From Lytechinus pictus (taxonomy: Eukaryota): a stretch of 64,000 nt of DNA. This document shows, in pieces, positions 33,747 to 47,267 of the stretch. The notes below the pieces were generated by a model. That model was given only the letters and a program-made list of their open reading frames with translations. It searched no databases and was not told where the DNA came from. The DNA lies in the NCBI RefSeq assembly GCF_037042905.1, contig NC_087259.1, positions 12,338,001 through 12,402,000 on the forward strand, read 5' to 3'. The first letter of the stretch is position 1. Each line of letters begins with the position of its first letter. The position numbers and the translations under genes are program-made.

Positions 33747-35480
33747 CAGTGGCGTAACAGGCGGGGGGCAGGTAGGGAAGCTGCCCCCCTGACGGATTTC
33801 ATCGGGATAATAAAAAAAACGGGAAAAAGAAAAAAAGGGACGGAGAAAGAAAGGGAAAGGGGGAGGAAAGGGGAAAAGGAAAGGAGGAAAAGGAAAGGGA
33901 AAGGGAAAAGTGAAAAAGAAAAAGAAGATTTTTTTTTTATGGAAAAGGAAAAAAGCGGGAAAACGTACGAAAGAAGAACATTTGACAAAGAACAAATCAT
34001 TCCAAAATAGGCTTATGTAATGCAATAGCATGATGGGAAATAAATTAACATATGACAAAATGGCAAACAATAGCGGGAAATGAAGGTAGAATGGAATTAG
34101 TCAAAAGCTAATTTAGAAAAAAAAAAGAAAGGGGACAAGAAAAAAAAAAAATACGACCGGGCTGCTGAGGATTGAAAATAAAGAGCGGGAAGATGGACTG
34201 CACGCAACATTGTGCTATAAGCTTGCTAAATTTTATGCAAATAAGCTACCGGGGCTTTGCCCCAGACCCCACGCAGTAGGGGCTCTTCATCTATAACCAT
34301 CAAATGGCTCTATAACGCCCCCGTTCAATCACGTTCAATCACTGGCGTACAGGCGAGGGGGGGGGGGGGGTCTTGGTTCCACACCCAAGAGGAAATAAAA
34401 GAAATTATAGGAGACAACGTATAATGAAATGAATGGAAACAAAGAAATGTGTTTTTTGCTGAATATAATGGAAAAATCTATCACATAATTAGAATTTAAT
34501 TTCAATAGGCAAATTTTTTTTCCAGCTATAGCTTTGCGCGCTGGCGACTTTTAACAAATTCAATTTAATTCAAGTCACTTTACTCACATCCATTATATTA
34601 TAAAAAGGTACAATATACAATACTATATAAACAAAAAAAAAACAATACATAAAAATCAATATAATGACAAATATAAAGAGTAGAACCAACATGCAATGGA
34701 TGTAGGATTTAAATTTTCCCACATTGCTATGTTTTGCCCCCTCAAATATATTTGGTTCATTACGCAACTGGGTTGAATAAATGTGTTGTGTAAAAGCTAT
34801 ATTCTGTATATACCCGCGATTTGATTAAAATAGCGGCAATCTGCGAGGTTTAAATGGCTTTGATATCAAAAAGTTCTGGGGGCTCCGCCCCGGACCCCAA
34901 CCGCACAGCACTGCCGTATATGAGTATGGAAGGGTTGGGCCATTGGCCCCCAAAAGTTCTACAAACAAGAACAAATAAAAAGGAGGAAAGAAAAGCAAAG
35001 GAAAAGTGTAGGATATCATTTTATTTACTGAATATAATTTCAAAATATCTCAAAGTTAGATTCTCGCTCGTTCCGCTCGCTCGGGACTTATATTAAGCAG
35101 CTTTTTAGCACATGTGTCATACTGCGCCCCTCGTTTTTTTTTTTTTACTCTTCACGCTACTGCCGCAAAGAATCCTGTTCACAGTGGCGTACAGACCACA
35201 CAAAAAAGAAGTGGAAAGAGAGAAGAGTGAAATATATTATTTTATGGATATCATGTCAAAATCTATCACAAAATTGGATTTTTGTATTAAAAAGGTCAAT
35301 TTTTTTGCTCGCTCGCACCTTTTTTTAAAAGATAAATTCTGCCCGATATACGCAATATCTGGCCCTCTCAAAATAGTCGCCTCATTACACCATTACACCG
35401 TTACGCCTGTTCATACCACGATATGACCGGGAAATTTTGCCCACCCCCCCCCCCTGGCCACCGACCCTGTTACGCCGCTG
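33747..35480. mobile_element. Composite non-autonomous TIR element
   Basis: CAGTGGCGTAACAGG / CCTGTTACGCCGCTG ends; purine-rich low-complexity interior; further TGGCGTA-type ends inside. Confidence 0.6.
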
Positions 35481-35648
35481 AATTAGACTCATTATCTTTG
35501 CCATAATTTTCGAATTATCATTTCAAAATCCATTTACAAAGCATTAATTTACTTGAATTGTTGTGTATTTTCATTTGATTATGTTCTTCAAAGGTTATGG
35601 TGCATTTGAAAGACATGAATCTTTTCCTAATATCGTCCTGTCAAGCAC

Positions 35649-35932
35649 CATGGCCCTGGGAAGCGGGGGTGCTGAAGCACCCCCCAAGATTTCCCTGTGG
35701 GTACTGCGTGTATTATTCATCATAGGCAGCACTCCCTGGAAAACCTTCGTGTGCTGAAAATTAAACATGAAGTGAACAAGAATTACCTTAAATTTGTAGC
35801 AAAAACCTTTTTTTTCCCCTTGCTTGTCAAATTTCTCTTCATCACAAGGAACTGAATTTATGAGTGAAAACTTGTTTTTGCATATCAAATTTAAACCAGC
35901 ACCCCCTGTTACAAATTGTTCCCCGCACCCTG
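35649..35932. mobile_element. hAT-like MITE
   Basis: CA...TG ends, imperfect TIR, 8-bp TSD TCAAGCAC. Confidence 0.7.
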
Positions 35933-38900
35933 TCAAGCACACAATTTTACTTATCCATTGAATCAATGTCCCGTTGACAATAGGATTCATGCATTTCAAA
36001 GGCACCATAACCTTTGTTTCACATAATAAAAAGATTTTAATAAATTAAATTACAAGCTCGCCCATTATTATGAAAGTCTCCCAATCTCCTTACTTGGCAT
36101 GCTTGGGTTGACAAACATTTTTTTTCTTACTTATGAAGGAATGCTAAAAGATAATGAAAATACAAAACAATTCAAGTACATTAATGTTTTGTAAATGGAA
36201 TTGAAAGGATAATTCGAAAATTATGGCAAAGATAATGAAAAGCTTAAAAAGAAGTCTACTGACTAGCAAGCCCAGATGTCCGATCGTCAATGTTTTTTTT
36301 CTTCATTTTCTGCCATTTGGCGCAAGCCTTTTTTGGAACACCTGACAAAAATGTTCCCTGTCCACTCAAGTATGAACGAAACTAATGTTTTTAATGGCAA
36401 TTGGAAGATAAGTCTTCAGAGCATCTATCGACATCAAAATCTACATATCATAATTTAAAAGAAAATTTTGATAGACTTTTCAAAACTGCCCGGTGTTTTT
36501 TTATACGCACTGTATAGATTCAAAGAAAACGATCCATTTGCAAATTAAGTTTCGTCCCGCGGCTTTGAATCTGAGACGAACAGAGATTAAAGAGCGTGTT
36601 TCTGCTGTTCGTGACAGGCTAGGCATTTAATTGCCTTTTTCATGTGACCATACATATTCTACCCCTCCCCCAGGGCCCCGGGAACGATTTTTGACTGGGG
36701 GTGCTGAGGCCTAAATTCAGGGGCAGATCCAGCTTTGGCCAATGGGGGGGGGGGGCGCGAAAAAAAAAATCACCCATATTTTCCCCGATTGGCCGCTCAA
36801 AGTTGATTTTTGTTTGTTTATTTGAAGGGGTATTCGTAACAGTCACTTCTTAGCTATATTCTTATAAAACAAAATATTATAATAATCTCATATGTATATG
36901 TAAGTGCGAGCTATTTTTTAAAATTTTATGTATTTTTGCTTGAAAAATGAACATTTTGGGCAATGTTTGTGGTCCTGAGCAAGACACAAAAGTTAGTCGT
37001 GGAGACGATACATATTTCAACAATCAAATAAAGCGAGCGCGAGCTGAAAATTTTTGACATTCCGACCTAAAAATTGACATTCTAAGCACTTTTTTTGTAA
37101 TCATGAACAGCTAGGATAGGTATAACTAAACAATGCGAGCGCGAAGCCCGAGCGGAAAAATTTGAGATTTACGTGAGACCCTATCAAAATAACCTTTAAA
37201 AATAGTATGCTGCCACCACAATAGTTTAGAGAGTTATTGAGCTCTTGGCCAAACATAATTTAACACTTGACCGAAATGAAGAAACTTTTCTTCGATGAGA
37301 ACTTTAAAGAGCTAGTGAACCACCAATCAGAATAGCCATCTCATGATCCATAATATCTGAGTTCTACTACGAGCTCCGTGATTGGTCCATCTTCTCACAT
37401 CGACCGCCAACTTTTAGCCTCTCCATTCTGCCAGAACCACAGAGGTTGAAGGAGCTCCGATGATCTGAAGAAAACCGTCTTTTCTCCCATCACAAGACTT
37501 CTGTCATACTCCAGCGTCCTTACCTTCACAGCAGAATTTAACTGGTGAGTTTACTCACTGAGTGATTAAGTAAGATTTAATTATATAACCATGATATTTC
37601 TCATCTTTCATCGATAGAGTTAGCCATGAACCAAATCTCTATTCACTCACATACAAAACGTTTTGTTCGCCTCGTGTTCTACACACGCACGATCGGGCAT
37701 ATATCCACATCACACACGTGCAGTCGTATGCACATAGGCAATCATAGAAGCGGTCAGTCCTTGCTTCGCAATCAATCATTCTAGTCTCTTCCTCAGTTCT
37801 CAAATCTGCTCTTTATCACTGGGTCTCACTAGGTAAGCGTAGTTTTCCAAGCTCGATGACGAGTTCCGTTTTCTTGCAATATACAAGGTTGGTCTAAAAA
37901 TAAACTAAGAAACCTAATTTAAATGATGCTTAAACTAATTGTACGGTACTTCTTATCCCTAATCACATCACCAATCAATCATCACTAATCAATTGATCAC
38001 CATTTCTAATTCTAAGACTTAACAACAAATCCAATTTATTGGATTCATCATTCTCAACAAACACTGATCACTAATCATGTTCCTAATCTATTCAAGTGTG
38101 CAAGTTCAATTATTGATTCCTAAGAAATATCAAGTAAAGTTCAACTGAACTTTAATATAAGAAAAACTTGAAGTTAACAATTCTTCTGAAACATTTCAAC
38201 GATAAAATTTGGATATTTACATCACTTTGCATAAGTATAAAAATTCATTGAATATGGATCATGAGCAATATAAAATTGTATAACTTACTCTACATAGTAA
38301 AGAACCTAAATGTAAGTCTGTGCATGTCACTCTTAAATTGATAGAATGAAAAATAGAATAATAATTAATTACTAACTTAATAAATCCTATGTATTCACTG
38401 TTTTAAATACACTAAGCAATAATCTGTATCAATTGTAAATATCGAGTTGTAGCTAAACTACATCCTACTTAGTTCTGTACTTTATACTCCGTAGAGTTGT
38501 GTTCTCTCTAAGAATTATTTCAACTTAAGACTGTAATCTACTCTCCACAAAAGTTCCAGGACCAATGGTTCTTTTCTGTCGTTCTGACTTATGTGAGTAA
38601 TCCTATCTAAACTGCCAGCAGTTACTCCTAATCTTTCTCCATCCAATGTCACTAACCCAATACAACACACCAATCTCCAATAATATCCTTATCCTATCAA
38701 CCTCTCAACGGGCCTTGTTTACCAGCCTTACAGCGCCTACAAAACTTCCACTCACTTTGTCGGTGTGAAGTTTGTAACAACATCCAACATTCTGTGTGAT
38801 GAAAAGCCTCAGAAATCCGTAAATATCTCTAATCATCACGGGTTCAAGAATAGACTCACATAGTACCTTTCTTAGCATTAAAGCCTACCGGAAACGTTAA

Positions 38901-40556
38901 CCTCGTCCCTGCTGTCTGAGAATACAGCTAAGTGAAAACAAGTCTGAAAGACCAACACCTAAGCAATTATTCCTAATTCACTGTAACTAAATCAACCATC
39001 TATTAATACAGTGTCAATATTCTAAATGAAGAATTAAGCTTCATCTGTAAACTGAGTTTACTTCAGTCTATGACTATAAACATCAAGTATTCTTAATAAA
39101 ATATGTAAATGACTGCACAGAGAGTTTAAATTATTTACAAGTTGTTTACAAATGCTTTCTGATTGATAATCAGCTATTTAAATTTCATTGATTATTTACA
39201 TCTTTTACCTTGTAATCTTAATGTCAGAATCAATATGTTCTAGTTACATTGTATTTGTCAGATTATCAGAATTAATATTCAGTATTCTGATCTGAATAAC
39301 ATTAAGTATTCTGATATTAATAACTACGGGAATAGCATGCTTGACACCTAAGTAACACGTGATCTTAACATCCGAACACTCATGATGACTAGCTTTGTTT
39401 AGTGTGATCCTATTTGTATATGATGTAAGAAATGTAAATAAATAATCAAAGTCATTAATCCTGAAATTAGAATTGAGTTAACGACTCTATCAATAAATAT
39501 TCTTTAAACGACCAATGTGGAAAAATCCCAAAGTCAAATCAATATTCAAAGCGATACCAAAACAACACACATTCCATAACAACTTGACAGTTTTATGTCA
39601 AATGTTACTGACCAAAAGATAATCTCTGTTTAGAGACTGAAAATCTGACTCTAGCCTTTTCCACGTTGGTAGAATACTTGTATCAATGCAGTAATTTAAT
39701 TTCTCTGACTAGATAATTTGATTAAATATTCAGACTGTCAAGAGTCCTAAAAAGGACTGCCTAAATATTGTCATCAAGTCAGAAATAAATTCATAATATA
39801 AAATGCATAAATTATCCAATTTCATAATAAGGTATTAAATAATTGTATCCATTCAGGAGATTCCAGAAAGATAAATTAGCAGTAAGCATTAACAATGTAT
39901 GTTCACTATCGCGACCATCAATTAATTTCTATCTGCTCCAAACAATTGTTTTCATGTCAAAAAGAGCACAAATAAGCACCAATAAATGCATTCATATCTT
40001 CTCTAGATATCTATCAAACAATTAGTAGACTTGACAGATCAATCAAAGTCTGCTGAAGAATAACAAAAGCTGCCCAATTTCTGTGAACAACTGATAAGCC
40101 CAAGCTGACTATAGTATAAAGAACTACAACAGAGTATTGGTTGCCAAAAATCGTCACTAACCAAAAAGGTGACGAATGATTTCAAATTCGTAGCTAAAAT
40201 TCATCATTAATCTCGCTGAATTCCCTGAATGGAACTAAGTATCAAATGATGACGTAATGTACTCACAGAAGAATGCACAAGTTGATAACAAACAATGAAC
40301 AGGGGTTCAAGAGAGAGAGAGAGAGAGAGTGATCAGTTTAAAATCTTCAACTACCCTACTCAAAAGAGCTTGCAGACGATATGACAAACTCTCGAAACCC
40401 TCCCCCTATTTATAGACTTTGGGCCCCACAGGATTTTGGCAATTTTTAGCTCATTAGCATTACGCCGCGAACTGCTAAGCAGTTCGCCGCGAAGTGCTAT
40501 GCACTTCTAAATGGTTTGAAATTCCCTCCTAGCCCTTCAAACCAAAGACCTTATAA

Positions 40557-41511
40557 TATATTATAGAATGGATGGGAAAATCCCTGCAATCTGATTGGTT
40601 GAGAGCAATGCAAGAATTTTTACTGGCTGCATGAACGATATCCCGATAATCAAAACGATATCCACTGTAAACAAGCTATCGTCCGAAAAGGTCATTGTGA
40701 TGTCATCGCGCATGTACTGTTACGCTTGTTTACGTCAAAATTTTGAATTTTCGATCAAGGCAGAATGAATCAAATAAAGGATGCAAAATGATCTGTAAGT
40801 ATAAATACGGTACCGTAATTGTCATAGGGATTAAAACTGCCTGCAAACTCGTTAGTTGAGAAGTCCAGACATACGATCTAACGTTTCAGCTGGGCTGGCT
40901 GTGCACAGCCAAATCTCCACTGCAGGCCCAGGCAGCCGTAGGCACTGGCCCCCGGCGCGGCCCGGGCATACACACACAGCTATTGGAGGTCTGAGGCTGC
41001 CTCATACCGGTACTATCTAGACTAGTCAATGCAAAGCTGTATCTGGCATTTTGGGTATAATAATGCCTTTGTGCCAACATATTATCAATTTAGGCATAAA
41101 TATTTATGTTGTCCAGGGTTATCAAAGGGTCTGCATTACATTTTGGTATTTTCATGCATCCGTTAATAAATCATGCGTCCAGTAAAAAAAATCATGCGTC
41201 CAGTAAAAAAAATCATGCGTCCAGTAAATATTTTCATGCGTCCAGTAAATTGAATTTACTGGACGCATGAAATTATCATGCATCCGGTAAATCATTAATT
41301 TTTGTGGTTTATTCAATAATTTTTTTCCATTCTATAAAACAGATGATGCATGGGTTTCTTTCGTGGGTCAGTGGAACTGTGTGCACGCGGTAACTTTGGC
41401 ATTATGGTCTAAACCCACTCGGCTGCGCCTCGTGGGTTAAACCATGCCAAAGTTACCTTGTGCACACAGTTCCTACTGACCCACTCTAACCCATGCATCA
41501 TTTGTATATTA
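40557..41511 (+). mobile_element. Non-autonomous element with asymmetric sub-TIRs and a long terminal hairpin (Crypton/Helentron-type architecture)
   Basis: TTATAGAATGGA (40561) / TCCATTCTATAA (41326); hairpin 41339-41505 with core ACTCGGCTGCGCCTCGT; TATATTA direct repeats at both ends. Confidence 0.7.
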
Positions 41512-43253
41512 CTAGACCGAAAGCTGCGTGCGCGTTCAGCACAAAACAAATGAGATTAGGCTCCGCCTACCGCGATCATTTGAAGACAAAAATAAGCCCT
41601 CATTGACATTCATGAGCATGAAGATATTCATAATCCGGCCTTTTCATTGGCTAAGAGCGTCATTAATACGCGATTTCCCCGATTCTTTGTCATCGATACT
41701 AGTGGTATCGCGTTACAGAATTAATTATTCATTTGACCTCATTACGTCATCTAATTTATTCATTCTGAAACTTTTCTTTCCACACAAAAATAGACCTACG
41801 AACACTCCGGTGAGTACGTATAAATTGATATAACCACATTAATTCAGTGGACTATTTACACATTTCACACTGTATTTTGTGATCTTAGGTTATTTCTTTA
41901 ACTAATTAGAGATTTTGCTATCATTCTCCTGTTAAAGAAAAGCAGAATTTGGTCTTTGAAATTGAAGTTAGATTGTCATCGTCGCCCGGCCCAGTGCAGC
42001 CTGTATGTTGCTTTTCAGTGGTTATGCCGCTGTGTCAACCACATGTATTTTGTACGGGCTCCTAGCCGGCTGGGCATCGAGAGAAAATCGGGCCGGGAGC
42101 CCACGATTGATTAAAACAAGAAGAATGAAGCTTCTTTTTGTACACTGTATAACGTTAGATCTAGAGGGAGATCTGCATCTATCTTCAGTAGATCGAGACT
42201 CAGTCAGGAATAAACTGTGAAGCGGAGTGTGGAAGAAGATATGCCTGTCATCATTGTGTCAATCCTCACTAGATTCTCGTCAGTTTCAGATATCCAATTT
42301 ATTTTGCATAACTTCAGGCTTCTTCTGCATTTAGCCCCCACCCATTTTAATTCTTATTGTTATTCATATAGTTATACTCGGTATTACTATTAGAAATAAC
42401 ATGCTGCTCTGCATGTTTGTCTTACTCTTATCAATAGATCAAGATCTAATTTCTGTCATGGTTAACAGAGCCTAGTCTTGCTTCTTAATTTTACTTTATC
42501 AGTCTGTTTATGTTACTTTACTTTTAAGTTTTATCCATCGATGCTTGTACGTAGATCTGGGCCTACCTAATTCAAATCTATTCATCTAACTTATACTTTC
42601 TCAACCCTCGACACGTACCCCCAGGGCTTAGGATCTAGGTCTATAATTTTAGGCCTAGATGTAGGTCTGGGCCTAAACGACTACATTTACATGTACTACT
42701 ACGAGTATGACTGTCAGTGGACCAAGGACTAGATCTAGATCTACTCTCGGTCAATAATGGCAATGAAGGTTTAGCCAGGAATAAAAGTCAGACATCAAAA
42801 ATTTCTAAATCGATATACATCTAGGTAAAGTCACCGAAGGGTTAGCTTTACATTCTAGGTCTAGATAGATCGAGAGTCTATCGATAGTCTAGATCTAGAC
42901 CTTATTAAGATACATGAATGCTGTCACACAGCACTGATTCTGGTTGGACTAGATCTATACTTTCTTACAAATAGATCTAGACCTAGTGCATGAAATTATG
43001 TTGTTAAAACCAAATGAATTAAGATTCGGATTAAAAAGATGCAGATTTATTTTTTTTTTTTTGGGGGGGGGGGCAGACATGTGAAAAAATTAATTTAGAG
43101 AAACCTGAAATTCTGAAAGTGAGGGCCCGAAGCTACCAATATTGCCTAGGGCTGTTTTTTGCATTTTCTAAAGTAAAATTGAAGGATTTCATGCAATCCT
43201 TTTTTTTTATGAAGGTTTTCACATTTCAGCTCCCACCCAAACCCCTCCCCCTA

Positions 43254-43535
43254 CACTGTTAGAAAATTTATTCTTAAAATAAAATAAGTTCCTGCAGCAG
43301 AGTCTCGAGAACACCTGTAATTTTACCAGATTGCATAATCTTACATTATATCATGTAAAATTACAGGAAATTAGTATTTGGTGTATGGAACCTTACAAAT
43401 TTCCTTAAATAAAACACAATTTAAACAGACCTGTTCCGTAGAAAACTTCCTGTTTTATGAATTTACAGAATGATTCTGTTATTGCTTTCTGCAAAATCTT
43501 GTTTTTTCTGTAAAATCAGGGTTTTTTTAACAGTG
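43254..43535. mobile_element. CACTG-ended (EnSpm/CMC-like) MITE
   Basis: TA|CACTGTTAGAAAA ... TTTTTTAACAGTG|TA. Confidence 0.7.
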
Positions 43536-45691
43536 TACATACGGCCATGAAAATTCTTTAGTGTGATATTCATATTTCATATTTGTAGATTTACAATTTT
43601 TTTTTAAATCTTATTATTTTACATTTTGTCCAATAGGATGATGCAGCTCTACAATTTCTATGGAGGTGATTGATGATGATAAACAATTGGTGAAGTAGGC
43701 CTAATAGAACAGTGATAAGACCACAAAGAGAAATACAACCTACAGCAGTTATATGAGTGAGTAGTGATTATTTTTAATAATGGGGGGTTTTTTACAATTT
43801 TTTTAGGCATCAAATAGACCTGCCTTTGAAAAAACCATTTCAATTCTGTTTTTAGACAATAGTTAAGTGTTGTTTTTATTCGCAGATCAAAATATTCTGT
43901 GCAACAAAACATATCATCTTTAATTCTGACTATTATATATAATTTATATATGTTAATTCATATATTCATATTCATGGGAAATCTCTGACATTTTTTTTTA
44001 TAGAGTACATGTAGTTATAATGGAGAGTGGTATGTAAACTGCATAGAACAGGTTTAAGTGATATGCTTTGTAGAAGTACAAGTTTATAATTAGTAGAAGT
44101 AAGATTTCCTATGTTATGTGATGAAGAAATATATATACCGGTATGTATAGTCTTACTTTTCTTAAAACATTTATGTTTTACAAATCATGACAATTTTAAT
44201 TTAAATTCATTGATTTTCTTTTTCTATTTTTTAATCTGCAGGACTGGTGTAACAGATGTTTTCATTCAAGAAATCCAACAAATTGAAGAGTGACTTAGCT
44301 TAGGAAGCACTTGATAAAGATGGAAAAGGTTTTTTTTTCAAGTCCAATTTTTTTTTAATAATTATCACAACCCCAAATTCATGAAGTATGAAATTTCCTG
44401 TTGATTTTCATTAAAACTGGTTGCAAAAGGAGGAGCTCTAAACATACAAATAGGAGCGGCGAAGTGAAGTTGAAAGTGAGGAGGGGGGCACAGGGAAAAT
44501 GCTGTATTATGTGAAATTTTTAATAAGTTGCGAGAGAGCAAAATTTTGACATTTTTAAAAAGAAAATCAAATTTTGTGATAGATTTCGACAAAATATTCA
44601 GAATAATATATTTCACCCTTTTTTTTTTGGGGGGGGGGCAAGAGTCTGTTAAGTCCCCCCTCCATCTGTAGTGTACGAAACTGCTTATCTACCCCCACTC
44701 ACATTCACATGAATTATTAAACTTAATGCACAAAGGATTTTCTTATTGTTTTCTTGTTTCAAAGGGCACTCGTCATGGTGACCATAAAACGGGTCCTTAA
44801 TTCTCAGGTGAAAGGGGCACAGAACAAGTTCTTTAGGAGCAATTTTCTTGGGTAAAAGGGGGCAGTTATTCGAGAAAGGGTACTTACAAGGAGGTGAGGG
44901 GGCACTTTTTAACACTTAAAATGGGCCCTCAGATGAAAGGGCACAGAACACGTTCGGGGGGGGGGGGCATTTTTTGGTAAAAATTTGCATACAATGAAGA
45001 GCACTTGGTAACACCTAAAACAGGTTCTCGTCAGGTGAAAGGGACACAGTACACGTTCGTGAGGGGGCATTTTTCTTACATAAAATTACAGGCACTTTTC
45101 AGTGCTTCAAAAAGTAGGGGGATCTGTGCCCCCCCCCCCCCCCCCAGGATATCGCTGCCCCTGCATACAAAAAACATTTTCGTTCGATTCAAAGTATTAA
45201 CATACACTTAAGAAAAAAAGTAAGGCTAAATCCTCTGATAATGTGATATTTTTCTGGCTATTAATAAAATTCACAACTAACCAGAAAATGCCTTCATGTC
45301 TTTCATTTGTATTCATATAGTATTTGTACAGAGCTAAAATGAAAAGGATTTGGAATTGGCAAAATTCAAATGAGATGGAAATCGAGAGAGAGAAAGAGTG
45401 ATGAGAAGGGGGTTGAAAAGAAATGGAGGGGCACATATGAAGAGATAATTTAGAGGGGGGGGGGGGGTAAGAGAGCACGAATGGTGGGAAGTAGGAACAA
45501 AGGGGTGGAAGAGAAATAAGACGAGATTTATGGAAACCAGGAGACAGATAACAAGTGGGAAAAGAAGGAGGAAATATATGTAGGAGAAAGGCGGCACCAA
45601 AAGAACGTGAGTGGGAAAATTATTAAATGGAAAAACAGAGCAAGAAATGCTGGAGAATAGAGGGGACAGGAAACGTATTAAACATGATAAA

Positions 45692-45864
45692 CTGGGGCCC
45701 GTTTCATCATGAGTTACAAGTATGCATTATGATTGGTTATAGCTGTAACCATCGTAGTTAACTACGATGGTAACTGCTATTACCAATCATAATCTAGGTT
45801 ACCACGGTAATCACAATAACAGCGATGTTTAAATAGCTGTAATTCATTATGAAACGGACGCCAG
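45692..45864. mobile_element. MITE
   Basis: CTGGGGCCCGTTTCAT / ATGAAACGGACGCCAG. Confidence 0.6.
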
Positions 45865-47267
45865 ATGAAGAAAACAGGCACGGGGATCCATGAGGGGGCC
45901 GGCCCCTTACGTATTATACCTTGAACAAAATATTTTTTTTTTGCTTCTCGAAATTTGTAACAAGAAATGTACTCTATTAGTGGTGACAGTTATTTTTTTC
46001 GGTAACCATACTCAACCAGTGAAAATTACCATCAAATTGTAATAACCATGTTCTGCCCCCACCCGCCCCCCCCCCCCCCCCCTAGAAAAAAAAAGAAACC
46101 AAGACTTTTGGGTCAGTGCAACAGCCCCCTTTGATCCGTTCGGCGGCCTCTGCCGGCTATTTAGAGTCTAGATTCAATTCAATTATTTTATTTTCCACTT
46201 TCAATTTCATATTTACAATTATGATACAATTGACAAAGTAACATATAATCACATTTGAAGTACATACAAAAATTGACAACATTATAAAGTTACAATAGAC
46301 AATTATCAAATCGAAATATAAATAATTGAAAGGGAGGGAGGGCCAACTGAAAAGCAGAGCTAGTATAATGTAGGCCCCCCTTCTATTGATTGATTAATAT
46401 TGATTCTTTACATTTGTTAAAAACTAAGATTGCTGTATATCTTAACATGTGACAATTTGGGGATGGCAAAAGCACTTGAGACCTCTTTAACTAATCACGA
46501 CTTGAAGACTTCTCTTTTCATCTTCCCTTTTAGAAACGGCATAGGCCTATAAGACAAAATACAAACAATGCTTTGTTTTTAAGTGATATCGCTTGTGATA
46601 TCGATACTTTATAGAGCGCAACGTATCGTCTCAGATTTGCGCTTGCTTGATTCGCTGAATCCTTCGCGTCACGAGCGCGTAACAAAATGAATACATTAAT
46701 GAATTTGCCAAGTTGACCTTTGTCATTGCGCTGATGTGCGTATTGTTTAATACACGTACAAAACCACAGTTGATGAGGGAGCATCGTACGAAATTAATAT
46801 TAATGAGGGCTTATTTTAGCTTCTAATGGATTAAACAAAATGGCGGTAGCTTCGGGGGCTTGCTTCAAACATAAGCGGTTCGCCGCGAAGTGCTATTACA
46901 AGTCTTGTGCTTTAAAATTTCCTATGCACGCGCGTCTGAGTGCTGTACAAGCGCGTCTGTGTACGTATGCGCGTATCAGAGCTTTAGATCCAAGGACGAG
47001 TTCAAAATCCTGGCGGTAATCGTCTCAGAATAAAGGAAAATAACAGTATCCAAACATGAATGAAGAAAGTCCAGCAATAGAATTTAACAGGGTTCCACCA
47101 CAAAGATACATTGAACTTTGAGTCACAGAAACAATACATCTTCACCATGATGACTGTATTCAGAATTTTATTCAACAATATTCCTTTTTTATCATTTTTA
47201 TTGTATGTATGTCAACATACAATTATATGCCTTGTATGCTTTGTAATTTGTGTCTTACAGTACCAGG

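Noticed and set aside
33710-34070. K/E/R-rich and F/P-rich ORFs
   Set aside because: Low-complexity purine tract inside a MITE.
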